DNA of 64,000 nucleotides from Acetofilamentum sp. (lineage in GTDB: Bacteria > CAIWAD01), in NCBI GenBank assembly GCA_020726405.1, contig DYSB01000001.1, positions 7,440-71,439 of the forward strand. The letters are read 5' to 3'. Both the position numbers and the translations under genes were made by a program. The notes beneath the pieces are model-generated. The model saw only the letters and a list, made by a program, of their open reading frames with translations, was not told where the DNA came from and made no database searches. This document shows, in pieces, positions 48,301 through 56,327 of the stretch (position 1 is the stretch's first letter; every line of letters begins with the position of its first letter).

Positions 48301-48758
48301 TTGCCCCCGCGCTACGTTTGCAGGCCGCCGGCCGCGAGGTGCCCCGGGATGAACTGTTGCACGCGCTGCTCGAGCTGGATCCCCGCCTGGACGGCGTCCG
48401 GGTGGCGCTGGCCATGCTGGAGCACCGCCTGGCCTGGCTGGCCGACTGGTCCACGCCCTTGCGCGAGGAGCGCGAGATGCACCGACTGCAGCAGATCCGT
48501 CTGCTGGCCCTGGAAGGCGAGCTGGCCGCGCGGCGCGAGAATTGGCCCGAAGCGGGCCAGCGGCTGGGCCGCGCTGTTCGCATGCTGCACGGCATGGTCC
48601 AGGACCTGTCGCCCGCCTGGCAGGCCCGGCTGAAGGAATCACCCTGGCTGAGCCACTTGCTGACCCGGGCCGAGGATTGTCTGCATCGAGTGAACGAACT
48701 GGAGAGGAGAGACCATGGCCACACTGCTGGAACAGTTGGCCGCGCTGCAGGAGCTTGA
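45324..48758 (+). CDS. Ser/Thr protein kinase with ~850-aa C-terminal TPR-like helical repeat region
   Basis: Track ORF starts at 45114, but the ATG at 45324 (MNPHPAAD) is translationally coupled to the phosphatase. Kinase motifs: VVLKEA (beta-3 Lys), HGDLGPANLLL (HRD variant, non-RD), DLGLA (DFG variant), SVMPPE (APE-like). A long Leu/Ala/Arg-rich repeat tail follows. Confidence 0.85.
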   Translation: MNPHPAADSLRFTELRPQGEGASARVSCARDRWTGREVVLKEARSLGQDVHGFLKEARLLQMLRSPVFPELVEFDPGDDQHPARLVLEKRPGLALAELTDSPAWSLAAGEADWITIQVLQGLTELAERGWVHGDLGPANLLLDGSRASLLDLGLARSTRDRHRARSGTLSVMPPEILSDGLPHPRSDIFSLGALLFQLLCGASPFPDDPDEAVGAILAGRLRPAGRAATHPLFPFILRCLHTEPGRRPAPQEALAELTAALSPARTALLLPRRGPGTWETSLLKQVVSRLAAGTCVRLHSGSAGPWRARLEQLQVEVSARRGPLLSIRRAEGESLLDWLARRVDHPGRLRHYPELAGALERRRGGPDLLRLVLGFLDDQLGRPRQGLCWLTRPGDPDAARLHDLVALCERQARPLLILELDSDPADALRLEAPGRETWQGWLRRPAPGIELSAPAAAALDSLTGGQSERIPPLVARCISEERLLRRNGLWELGPLGLPAQEARGAADLAALGGPVRRALLRACAWLEPAPAGAWRSQVQQGRERELESLEGAGWLRDRGDGQLEPQAGVRELLGPASLQPEHLQILHELWKLPEPPAELCLLHLGRCELGLADPLVARDVLLAAHGLVDPARRVRLIQELLPFLALGEVDELETLLATGLLAQGRPAEARRLLRRLLRRARGEFVLPLISRLAFVYILLGRHRLALRLLDRARQLAADPLDRLLLRVTALDPLLRSGQQARAVAELAACLPELLDCDPAAGPQQAHALNSAGAAAFQLGRMDDAARLWTQLDRAGRQQLQVQQRVWLANNLGILHLQAGRIEQARGELEQAGREAALYHLERYELMARVNLALAQLRRGAADQAVRELEPALQQARDLQEPVTELAVLDHLGDSWAALGDLEGAERVWHEELAKARELDSPKDELDPLAQLLRLDLDLGLAPRGDLLARFEELAALHDSPPARQWRLLKNLQDCLAPERSKSPSPGTDWPADLAPALRLQAAGREVPRDELLHALLELDPRLDGVRVALAMLEHRLAWLADWSTPLREEREMHRLQQIRLLALEGELAARRENWPEAGQRLGRAVRMLHGMVQDLSPAWQARLKESPWLSHLLTRAEDCLHRVNELERRDHGHTAGTVGRAAGA

Positions 48759-50433
48759 ACTCAGGAGCGAGGGGTTGGCCCAGCGCCAGGAACGCTTCTC
48801 CCGCCGGGAGTTGGACCTGGTGATGGGCCTGGCCCGCGAACTGAACACCTGCACCACGCCGGGCGAGGCCCTGCACTTCCTGCTCCACCAGGCCATCCGC
48901 CTGGCGGGGGCCCAGCGCGGCGCCATCGTGGAACTGGACGAGCAGGCCGAGGGCGGCCTGCGCTTCACGCTGGGCGCGGATCGCGATGGCTTCCCCCTGG
49001 CGCGACCCGAGACCCAGGTCTCGCACTCCATCATCCATCTGGTGCTGGAGAGCGGCCAACCCCTGCGCAGCTCCAACCTCTCCCAGCTGGAGGAGCTGGC
49101 CCAGGCCCGCTCGGTGATCGACCTGGACTTGAAGAGCAGCCTCTGCGCGCCCCTGCGTCGCCATGGCCGGGTCTTCGGCGCGCTCTACGTGGACAGCTCC
49201 AGCACCACGCTCTACAGCGAGCACATGCTGGTCCTGCTGGACGGCTTCTGCGAATTGTGCTCGCTGACCCTGACCCAACTGCAGCTGCGCCGCTCCGAAC
49301 AAGCCCAGCAGAAGCGCTTCGACCACTTCGAGCGCCTGCACCTGCACATCGTGGACTCGCTGCCCAATGCGCTGGCGCTCTACGACGACCAGCAGCGCCT
49401 GCACTTCGCCAACCTGACCTTCCGGCGCGAGCTGGGCTCGCTCTCCCTCGTCCAGCCGGACGCCGAGTCCCCGCTGGGCTGGCGCTTCGAGAACACCTTT
49501 GCCCGCTTCCTCGCCACACTGGGCGAGCGGCAGGAGCGCACGGCGGATTGGTCCGTGGACGGCCGCCGGCTGCGTTGCCGGCCCTTTCCCCTGGCGCCGG
49601 AGGAGGGCGGCGACGCGGTCTGGGGCCTGATCCTCAGCGACGTCACCACCGAGGTGCGCATGCAGCAGGAGCTGTTGGAGAGCGAGAAGTTCGCCATGAT
49701 GAGCCGCACGGCCGGCTCCATCGCCCATGAGATCCGCAACGCGCTGGCACCTTTGCACGGCCACGTGCAGCTGGCCCGCCTGACGTTGCAGGAGCGGCCC
49801 TCCGTCCTGGACGATCTGGATCCCGACCTCCAGGTGGTGGAGGAGATGGCCGGCCGCATCGAGCGCATCGTGCGCACGCTCTCCGACCTCTCCCGTCCGC
49901 CCCAGCGCCAACTGGGGGAGGTGGACCTCAACGCCCTGGCCGCGGGCACTGTCACCCTGCTCAAGGAAATGGGCGGCAAGATCAAGCGCTTCGACCTGTC
50001 CGTGGGCGGCCCGGAACCCGACATCGACGACCGCGCCGGCCTGCGCATCCGGCTGGACGCCATGCCGCGCCTGCCCAAGTTGCTGGCCGATCAGGAGCAG
50101 CTGCAGCAGATGCTGCTCAACCTGCTGATCAACGCGGCGCACGCCGTGGAGGCTGTGGGCGGCGGCTGGGTGCAGTGCCGCACGCGCGTGATGGGCGACC
50201 AGCTGTTGCTGACGGTGGAGGACACGGGCTGCGGGATGGATGAACAGGTGCTGGCGCGGCTCTGGGAGCCCTACTACACGACCAAGGGCGAGGGCGGCTC
50301 GGGGCTGGGCATGCCCCTGGTCCGGCAGGTGGTGGAGGCACACCAGGGACTGATCCAGGTCCAGAGCAAGCCCGGCGTGGGCACCACGTTCCGCATTCTC
50401 TTCCCCGTGGCCAACCCGCGCAACCCGGCCTGA
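48715..50433 (+). CDS. cytoplasmic GAF/PAS sensor histidine kinase
   Basis: ATG preceded by GGAGAGGAGAGACC; overlaps the kinase gene by 44 nt. GAF-like N-terminal region, H-box SIAHEIRNALAPL, HATPase_c (GCGMDEQVLARLWEPYYTTKGEGGSGLGM). No TM segments. Confidence 0.9.
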   Translation: MATLLEQLAALQELELRSEGLAQRQERFSRRELDLVMGLARELNTCTTPGEALHFLLHQAIRLAGAQRGAIVELDEQAEGGLRFTLGADRDGFPLARPETQVSHSIIHLVLESGQPLRSSNLSQLEELAQARSVIDLDLKSSLCAPLRRHGRVFGALYVDSSSTTLYSEHMLVLLDGFCELCSLTLTQLQLRRSEQAQQKRFDHFERLHLHIVDSLPNALALYDDQQRLHFANLTFRRELGSLSLVQPDAESPLGWRFENTFARFLATLGERQERTADWSVDGRRLRCRPFPLAPEEGGDAVWGLILSDVTTEVRMQQELLESEKFAMMSRTAGSIAHEIRNALAPLHGHVQLARLTLQERPSVLDDLDPDLQVVEEMAGRIERIVRTLSDLSRPPQRQLGEVDLNALAAGTVTLLKEMGGKIKRFDLSVGGPEPDIDDRAGLRIRLDAMPRLPKLLADQEQLQQMLLNLLINAAHAVEAVGGGWVQCRTRVMGDQLLLTVEDTGCGMDEQVLARLWEPYYTTKGEGGSGLGMPLVRQVVEAHQGLIQVQSKPGVGTTFRILFPVANPRNPA

Positions 50434-50484
50434 AAAGGAACCGCCCCGGCGGGGCCGGGGCGGCAGGTTCCAGTCGCGGAACTC

Positions 50485-51075
50485 CTACCGGTTGCCACCA
50501 GCAGGTCTGTCGTCGGGCGGCGGGCCCGTGGCGATGAGATACTTGGAGAAGTGTTCGAGGCGGACGTCCACGCGGGCTTCCTCGTCCGCGCTCATCCAGT
50601 GCACCTCGTTGGACACCACTTCATACCAGCCATCCTGGAGGTCGTAGACCACCAGCAGTTCGTCGCCAGCGGGCAGGTCGGCTTCGCTGAGCGGCAGCAC
50701 CAGCTCGAATTCCAGCGGCGCCAGAAATTCCTGGCCCTCCGGCCCGAACTCGAAGCCGATGGCCGGCGTGGCTTCGTCGCCCTGCCAGTTGGCTACGATG
50801 GTCACCGGCGCGCTCACCGCACCGGCCGGCGCCTTCAAACTGAAGCCCGCACCCGTGTACTCGGACGCCGCGCCCGGAGTCACCACCAAGGTGAAATCCG
50901 TCATGGCATCCAGGTCGTGGGCTTTGGCGGGGAGGTCCGCCGGCGTGAGCAGGCGGATTTGGTCGCGGGACAGCAGCCGTCCGCTCGACTCAGGCGCACG
51001 GCTCCCGTCAGTGGAGCAACCGAGCGCGAGAAGCAGGGCCAGACCGGCTGCACCAAGGGGCAGGAAGCGTCTCAT
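50485..51075 (-). CDS. lipoprotein of unknown function (paralogue A)
   Basis: MRRFLPLGAAGLALLLALGCS lipobox (internal ATG at 51075). Acidic beta-rich body. C-terminus HFSKYLIATGPPPD is shared with the neighbouring paralogue. Confidence 0.7.
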   Translation of the reverse strand: MRRFLPLGAAGLALLLALGCSTDGSRAPESSGRLLSRDQIRLLTPADLPAKAHDLDAMTDFTLVVTPGAASEYTGAGFSLKAPAGAVSAPVTIVANWQGDEATPAIGFEFGPEGQEFLAPLEFELVLPLSEADLPAGDELLVVYDLQDGWYEVVSNEVHWMSADEEARVDVRLEHFSKYLIATGPPPDDRPAGGNR

Positions 51076-51223
51076 GAACACCTCGTTCTGTTGTGGGGTG
51101 GTACAACTGCTTGCTCCGGAGGACACGTCCTCAGTGGAACGCTCAGAGTTTAGTCAACGAGGTGGCTGGGAAAAAGCAAAAAGTGTGTAAAAAACAACTA
51201 CTTGCTCTCAGAAACAGGAAAGA

Positions 51224-51245
51224 CCCGTTCCAGGTGAGGAACGGG
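51224..51245 (-). terminator. hairpin plus U-rich tail 3' of lipoprotein paralogue B
   Basis: CCCGTTCC-AGGTGA-GGAACGGG. On the minus strand it is followed by CUUUCCUGUUUCUG. Confidence 0.4.
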
Positions 51246-51270
51246 CCAGGCAATGCGGCGCGGGTTTCGG

Positions 51271-51866
51271 TCAGCGCGTGGTGGTGTTGTCCGGCGGCGG
51301 GCCGGTGGCGATCAGGTAGCGGCAGAAATGGTCGATCTCGGCCCGGATCTTGACTCCGTGGGGATTGTCCAGATCCCCCTCCGGCATCGCTTCCACGACA
51401 CTGGGAATGATCTCATAGGTGCCATCCTCGTGATCGAGCACCACCAACAGGCAAGCTGGATCCAGCCCTTCCAGATCGCGCGCCTTGAGTTTAAACTCCA
51501 CCTGCAGGGGCAGCAAGAACTCCTGCAAGAACTCCAGGCCGTCGGGACCGTAGTTGTAGCCGATGACCGGATTCTCGTTCTCATCCCCCAACCAGTCGCC
51601 CGTGATGGTGGCTTCCTGGCCAACGCAGCCCCGCGGGGCACGCAGACGGAAGCCCGGCAGATCCAGCGCGGCCGATCGCTGGGGGGTCAAGTCCAGGCTG
51701 AAGTCGCCGCCCAGGTCCGCGTTCATATCCTTGGCAACCGCTGGTACCAGGATCTGCAGCTGATCGGCCTGCAGCAGTCGGGTGGCGGGTTCGTCGTCGG
51801 TGTTGGCGCAACCGCTGAAGAAGGCAGGGGCAACAGCAGCGCGAGCAAGTATCTGGGGTGACTCAT
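51271..51866 (-). pseudogene. lipoprotein paralogue B, disrupted by a -1 frameshift between signal peptide and mature domain
   Basis: ATG at 51866 (AAGGAA RBS) encodes MSHPRYLLALLLPLPSSAVA... then stops after 47 codons. The lipobox and mature domain (FFSGCANTDDEPATRLLQADQLQIL...DHFCRYLIATGPPPD) continue in the -1 frame and align well to paralogue A. No start codon exists in that frame upstream of the lipobox. The switch lies near a CCCC run. Confidence 0.55.
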
Positions 51867-52100
51867 CGGTCTGTTCCTTCGTTTAGGATTCCTACCCGTC
51901 CTCGCTGCAGACTGAGGCCAATGTCGTGCCAGAAAACTCCTGCCATATGCTTTCCACACCGTAAGGATACTTCACGACTAGAGCTGGGCCGGTCCCCATT
52001 TCGGTGCATTTACCCCACCCAATCCCGTTTGCTGGCAATTGACGCACCAAGAAAACGGGCGGCCCGGGCCGCCCGCTTCACATGCTGTTGCTGATTGCGC

Positions 52101-52556
52101 TCAGTTGCCTTCCAGCACGCGCTCGTCGTACTCGGCCTCGAAGCGCCGCTTGTGCAGGCCCTCCTCCTCTGCCAGGCGCTCGAAGAGCGCGCGCAGGGAA
52201 TCGCCGGGCGCCACGCGGGCCAGATCCAGGTAGAGCTGGCGGGCCGCCGCCTCGCGCTTCATGGCCACGATCAGGGCCTGGGCGTAGTCCAGGTCGGTGG
52301 TGATCTCCGGCATCTCCACATAGTCGGAGATCTTCAGGTCCGCGAAGGCGGCCGCCGCGGCCTGTTCGAAACCGCCCTGGTCGCGCACGGCGATCAGCCG
52401 GTCGCGGTGGCTCTTCTCTTCCTCGGCCATCTCCAGCAGGGCGTCGCGCATCTCGCGCCTCTGCATCTTCACCGAGAGCTGGGTGTAGAAGCGCGCGGCC
52501 TCGATCTCCCGCTTGATGGCGAAGTTCAGGGCCTCTTCGGCGTTGGCGAATTGCAT
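52101..52556 (-). CDS. rubrerythrin/ferritin-like diiron protein
   Basis: 151 aa, all-helical, with paired E-x-x-H-like motifs (EMAEEEKSHRDRL ... AEEEGLHKRRFEAEYDE). Confidence 0.65.
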   Translation of the reverse strand: MQFANAEEALNFAIKREIEAARFYTQLSVKMQRREMRDALLEMAEEEKSHRDRLIAVRDQGGFEQAAAAAFADLKISDYVEMPEITTDLDYAQALIVAMKREAAARQLYLDLARVAPGDSLRALFERLAEEEGLHKRRFEAEYDERVLEGN

Positions 52557-52602
52557 CGGTCGATCTCCTGCCTGCTCGCTTCTACTACATCAACCCGAGA
52601 CT

Positions 52603-52713
52603 CAACACAGAGACACAGCATCAGAGATGGCTTGGAAACGAATCGGATCCTGCACTTTCCGCCGCGCCTGTTTCTCATTCAATCTTCGTCTCTGTGCCTC
52701 TGTGCCTCTGTGG
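52603..52713. repeat. diverged third copy of the palindromic intergenic repeat (CACAGAG/CTCTGTG arms) with an 8-bp tandem repeat
   Basis: Left arm AACACAGAGACACAGCATCAGAGA (52604-52627). Right arm AATCTTCGTCTCTGTGCCTCTGTGCCTCTGTGG (52681-52713), containing TCTGTGCC x2.9. Arm ends AACAC...ATCAG and ATCTTCGT match copy A (AACACGAAGACGAATCAG and GATCTTCGT). Lies 26 nt 3' of the nfnB stop and ~45 nt 5' of the rubrerythrin start. Confidence 0.45.
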
Positions 52714-52741
52714 TGAGAGGCCTCCCCCGGTCGAATCCCCC

Positions 52742-54181
52742 TCAGGCGGCGGATCCTTCCTTGCCCATCAGGTCCTCGTGGATGGCCAGGGCCGCGCTCT
52801 TGCCAGCGCCCATGGCCAGGATCACCGTCGCCGCGCCGATCACGATGTCGCCGCCAGCGTAGACGCCGGGCATGCTCGTGCGGCCCGTGCTGTCCTCGGC
52901 CACAATGTTGCCCCACTTGTTGAGCTTCAGTTCGGGCGTGACCTCGGTTAGCAGCGGGTTGGCCCCGTTGCCGATGCTGACCACCACCGTGTCCGCTTCC
53001 ACCACGAATTCGCTGCCCTCCACGGGCACCGGCCGGCGCCGCCCACTGGCGTCGGGCTCGCCCAGCTCCATGCGCAGGCAGGTCACGCCGCTCACGTTGC
53101 CCTGGCCGTCCCCCAGGATGTTGACCGGGTTGCAGAGCAGGCGCATGTGGATGCCCTCCTCCTCGGCGTGGTGGATCTCCTCGCGCCGGGCGGGCATCTC
53201 CTCCATCGAGCGCCGGTAGATGACGCTGACTTCCGCGGCGCCCAGGCGCAGCGCGGTGCGGGCCGCGTCCATGGCCACGTTGCCGCCGCCGAAGACGGCC
53301 ACCCGCTGACCGGGCCGGACGGGCGTGTCGTTGCGGGGAAAATCGTAGGCCTTCATCAGGTTGACGCGGGTGAGATATTCGTTGGCGCTGTAGACGCCGT
53401 TGAGGTTCTCCCCGGGGATGTTCATGAAGTAGGGCAGGCCGGCGCCCAGGCCCAGGAAGACGGCCTGGAAGCCCTCCTCCTCCAGCAGCTCCTGGACGGT
53501 GATCATCTTGCCGATCACGGCATTGTAGACGATCTCCACGCCCAGTTTGCGCACGTAGTCCACCTCCGCCTCCACGATGTCCTTGGGCAGGCGGAATTCG
53601 GGGATGCCGTACATCAGCACGCCGCCGGGCTTGTGCAGCGCCTCGAAGATGGTCACCGAGTGGCCGCGCAGGGCCAGTTCGCCAGCCACCGTCAGGCCGG
53701 CCGGCCCGCTGCCCACCACGGCGATGCGCTTGCCTGTGGACGGGGCCAATGCCGGGGCCTTGACCTCGCCCTGCTCGCGCTCCCAGTCGGCCGCGAAGCG
53801 CTCCAGCCGGCCGATGGCCACGGGCGTGTGCTTGCGGCCCACCACGCAGACCTGCTCGCATTGGGTCTCCTGGGGGCAGACCCGGCCGCAGACGGCGGGC
53901 AGGGCGTTGTCGTGCTTGATCAGGTCGATGGCGCCCTGGAAATCGCCCTGGCGGATCTTCACCACGAAGCCGCGGATGTCGATGCCCACCGGGCAGCCCT
54001 GGATGCAGGCGGGATCCTTGCACTCCAGGCAGCGGCTGGCCTCCACCATGGCCGTCTCCGGCGAATAGCCGATGGGCACCTCGAGAAAATTGCGGGCCCG
54101 CACCTGGGGATCCTGCTCGGGCATGGGCTGCCGCGTCACGGCGCCTAGTTTGGCCTTGGGCAGGGCGGCGTACTCGCTCAT
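52742..54181 (-). CDS. NADPH-dependent glutamate-synthase-beta-like oxidoreductase, large subunit (NfnB/SudA/GltD family)
   Basis: Start MSEYAALPK (internal, 54181). N-terminal 2x[4Fe-4S] Cys motifs (CLECKDPACIQGCP, CGRVCPQETQCEQVC). FAD and NAD(P) Rossmann folds (VAVVGSGPAGL, VAVFGGGNVAMD). Confidence 0.85.
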   Translation of the reverse strand: MSEYAALPKAKLGAVTRQPMPEQDPQVRARNFLEVPIGYSPETAMVEASRCLECKDPACIQGCPVGIDIRGFVVKIRQGDFQGAIDLIKHDNALPAVCGRVCPQETQCEQVCVVGRKHTPVAIGRLERFAADWEREQGEVKAPALAPSTGKRIAVVGSGPAGLTVAGELALRGHSVTIFEALHKPGGVLMYGIPEFRLPKDIVEAEVDYVRKLGVEIVYNAVIGKMITVQELLEEEGFQAVFLGLGAGLPYFMNIPGENLNGVYSANEYLTRVNLMKAYDFPRNDTPVRPGQRVAVFGGGNVAMDAARTALRLGAAEVSVIYRRSMEEMPARREEIHHAEEEGIHMRLLCNPVNILGDGQGNVSGVTCLRMELGEPDASGRRRPVPVEGSEFVVEADTVVVSIGNGANPLLTEVTPELKLNKWGNIVAEDSTGRTSMPGVYAGGDIVIGAATVILAMGAGKSAALAIHEDLMGKEGSAA

Positions 54182-55050
54182 GACGTCCTCCCGGCATAGG
54201 GCTGGTCGCGGCCGATGTGGCAGACGTGGTCGGCCTCGAGGGCCTGGCGTTCCTGGGTCAGATAGGCGCGCTGGCGCTGCTGCAGCTCGGCGAAATCCAC
54301 CGCGTGGCCGTCGAATTCCGGGCCGTCCACGCAGACGAAGCGGCTGCGGCCGTCCACTGTCACGCGGCAGCCGCCGCACATGCCCGTGCCATCCACCATG
54401 GTGGCGTTGAGGCTGACCACCGTGGGAATGCCGTGGGCGCGGGTGACTTCGCTCACCGCGCGCATCATCACCACCGGGCCGATGGCCACCACCTCGTGGA
54501 TGGTCTCGCCGCGGTCGATGAGATCCTGCAGCACGTTGGTGACGAAGCCCTGGCGGCCCTTGCTGCCGTCGTCCGTGCAGATCAGCAGCTCGTCGCTGGT
54601 GGCGCCCATCTCATCTTCCATGATCAGCAGCTCGGCCGTGCGGGCGCCGAGGATCGAAATCACGCGGTTGCCCGCGGCCTTCATGGCGCAGGCGATGGGA
54701 TGGACCGGCGCGGTGCCGATGCCGCCGCCCACGCAGACCACCGTGCCCTTGTTCTCGATGTGGGTGGGGCGACCCAGCGGTCCGGCCAGGTCGAGGATGG
54801 AGTCCCCCACCTCCAGGCGGCCCAGCTCCAGGGTGGAGTGGCCGACTTCCTGGAAGATCAGGCGGATCCAGCCCGCCTCCGGATCGGCGTCGGCAATGGT
54901 GAGCGGAATGCGCTCGCCCGTTTCGCTGACCCGCAGCATGACGAACTGGCCGGCCTGGCGCTTCCGGGCGATGCGCGGAGTTTCCACCAGCAGGTCCTTC
55001 ACGCCGGGCGAGAGGATCCGTTTGCGTAGAATTTTGTTCATGTTCTCCAT
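54178..55050 (-). CDS. FAD/NAD(P)-binding [2Fe-2S] oxidoreductase small subunit (PyrK/NfnA/SudB-like)
   Basis: 290 aa with a ferredoxin-NADP reductase-like fold and C-terminal GMCGGCRV Cys cluster. Stop overlaps the start of the large subunit. Confidence 0.85.
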   Translation of the reverse strand: MENMNKILRKRILSPGVKDLLVETPRIARKRQAGQFVMLRVSETGERIPLTIADADPEAGWIRLIFQEVGHSTLELGRLEVGDSILDLAGPLGRPTHIENKGTVVCVGGGIGTAPVHPIACAMKAAGNRVISILGARTAELLIMEDEMGATSDELLICTDDGSKGRQGFVTNVLQDLIDRGETIHEVVAIGPVVMMRAVSEVTRAHGIPTVVSLNATMVDGTGMCGGCRVTVDGRSRFVCVDGPEFDGHAVDFAELQQRQRAYLTQERQALEADHVCHIGRDQPYAGRTS

Positions 55051-55340
55051 CCGTATATGGGGCGTCCTGCGGAAAAGATTAACAGCTACCGGGCGGAACT
55101 CAAAGCTCCCAGGAGACTGTTTTGCCTTTGAACTACATGCGCGCCCGCTCCGCCGGCCCTCCCGACCTCAACCTGTGCGCCTTGACATTCAATTGGCAAT
55201 CTGGCGGGAGATCAATCCGGCCGCAGAGTTGTGTTGGAAATCTACCATGAATTCCCAACCGAATGACCCCGACCCAACTGATCTGCCTCCACTGAATCCA
55301 CCCCCTGCTTTGGTCGATAGGACGGGGAAAGGAGCACGCC

Positions 55341-56125
55341 ATGAGCCAGATCCTGCGCATCCGCCTGGAAAGCCAAGGTCCCCGTGTCCTGCGCGGACGA
55401 CGGGCCGAACGCCGGCACGCGCATCCTCCCATCCAGCCGGAGGGCCGCAGCTCCACCTACGAGCTGGGCATGTATGACGTCCAGGGCCGTGAGCGCACCC
55501 TCTTGGTGACCGGCAACCCGCTGCGCAATCGTCAGGGCGGGATCGTCGGCTCCTTCGGCGTGCTCAAGGACATCACCGAGCGCAAGGCCCGGGAGCAGGC
55601 CCTGGAGACGCGCCTGCTGCTGGACCAGGCCGTCTCGGATCCGTCCGGGCCCTGGTGCGGCCGGGGCAATTCGCCGAGGCCCTGAACGTGGCCCTGGGAG
55701 GCCTGGGCATCCTGCTCAACGCCGACTGCGTGCGTGTGTACCAGCTGAATCCGGCCCGGCACGAACTGAGCTGCACCCAGGAGTGGCCGCCCCTGCGCGG
55801 CGAGCGCAGCGTGCTGGGACGCCCCTTCTCCGCGGGCCACTATCAGTGGTGGATGTCATCCTTGCGCAGCGGCGAGATCCTCTACATCAAGCAGCTGAGC
55901 GACGTCCCCGCCACGGCCACCGAGGAGCGGGAGACGATGGAGGCGCTGGCCATCCGCAGCCTGCTGGCCATCCCCCTGCTGCAGAACGGCGTCCTGCTGG
56001 GCTTCGTTTCGCTGGAGAATCCCGATCCCTTCGGCGAAGTGTTGAGCGGCGACCTGGGCAGCCTGCTGGTGTTCGGCGACGTGCTGGCCGCCGCCCTGGC
56101 CCAGCGCGAGCCATCGTCGGCCTGA
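55341..56125 (+). pseudogene. PAS-GAF sensory-domain remnant, frameshifted, with no output domain
   Basis: ORF 55341..55685 holds only the C-terminal half of a PAS fold (YELGMYDVQGRERTLLVTG...GIVGSFGVLKDITERKAREQALE). A GAF-like segment continues in the -1 frame (55655..56125: ...LLGFVSLENPDPFGEVL). No kinase or other output domain follows. Confidence 0.5.
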
Positions 56126-56327
56126 TCAGCGCCCGGTTACCCGGCCAGTTGTCAACTCTTATCTTGGACTATAATGGTTCAAGATCAATCTTCGTCGGCC
56201 CGGCAGGGCCGAGCCTGCCCGGCGCAGCGACGCCTGCCAACACGGGCGACTCCGGCCATGAGCAATGGCCTGACGGGACCACTCCTGCCGCTGGACCGAC
56301 CCCCAGTGGCCCCGCAGGAGGTGTGAG

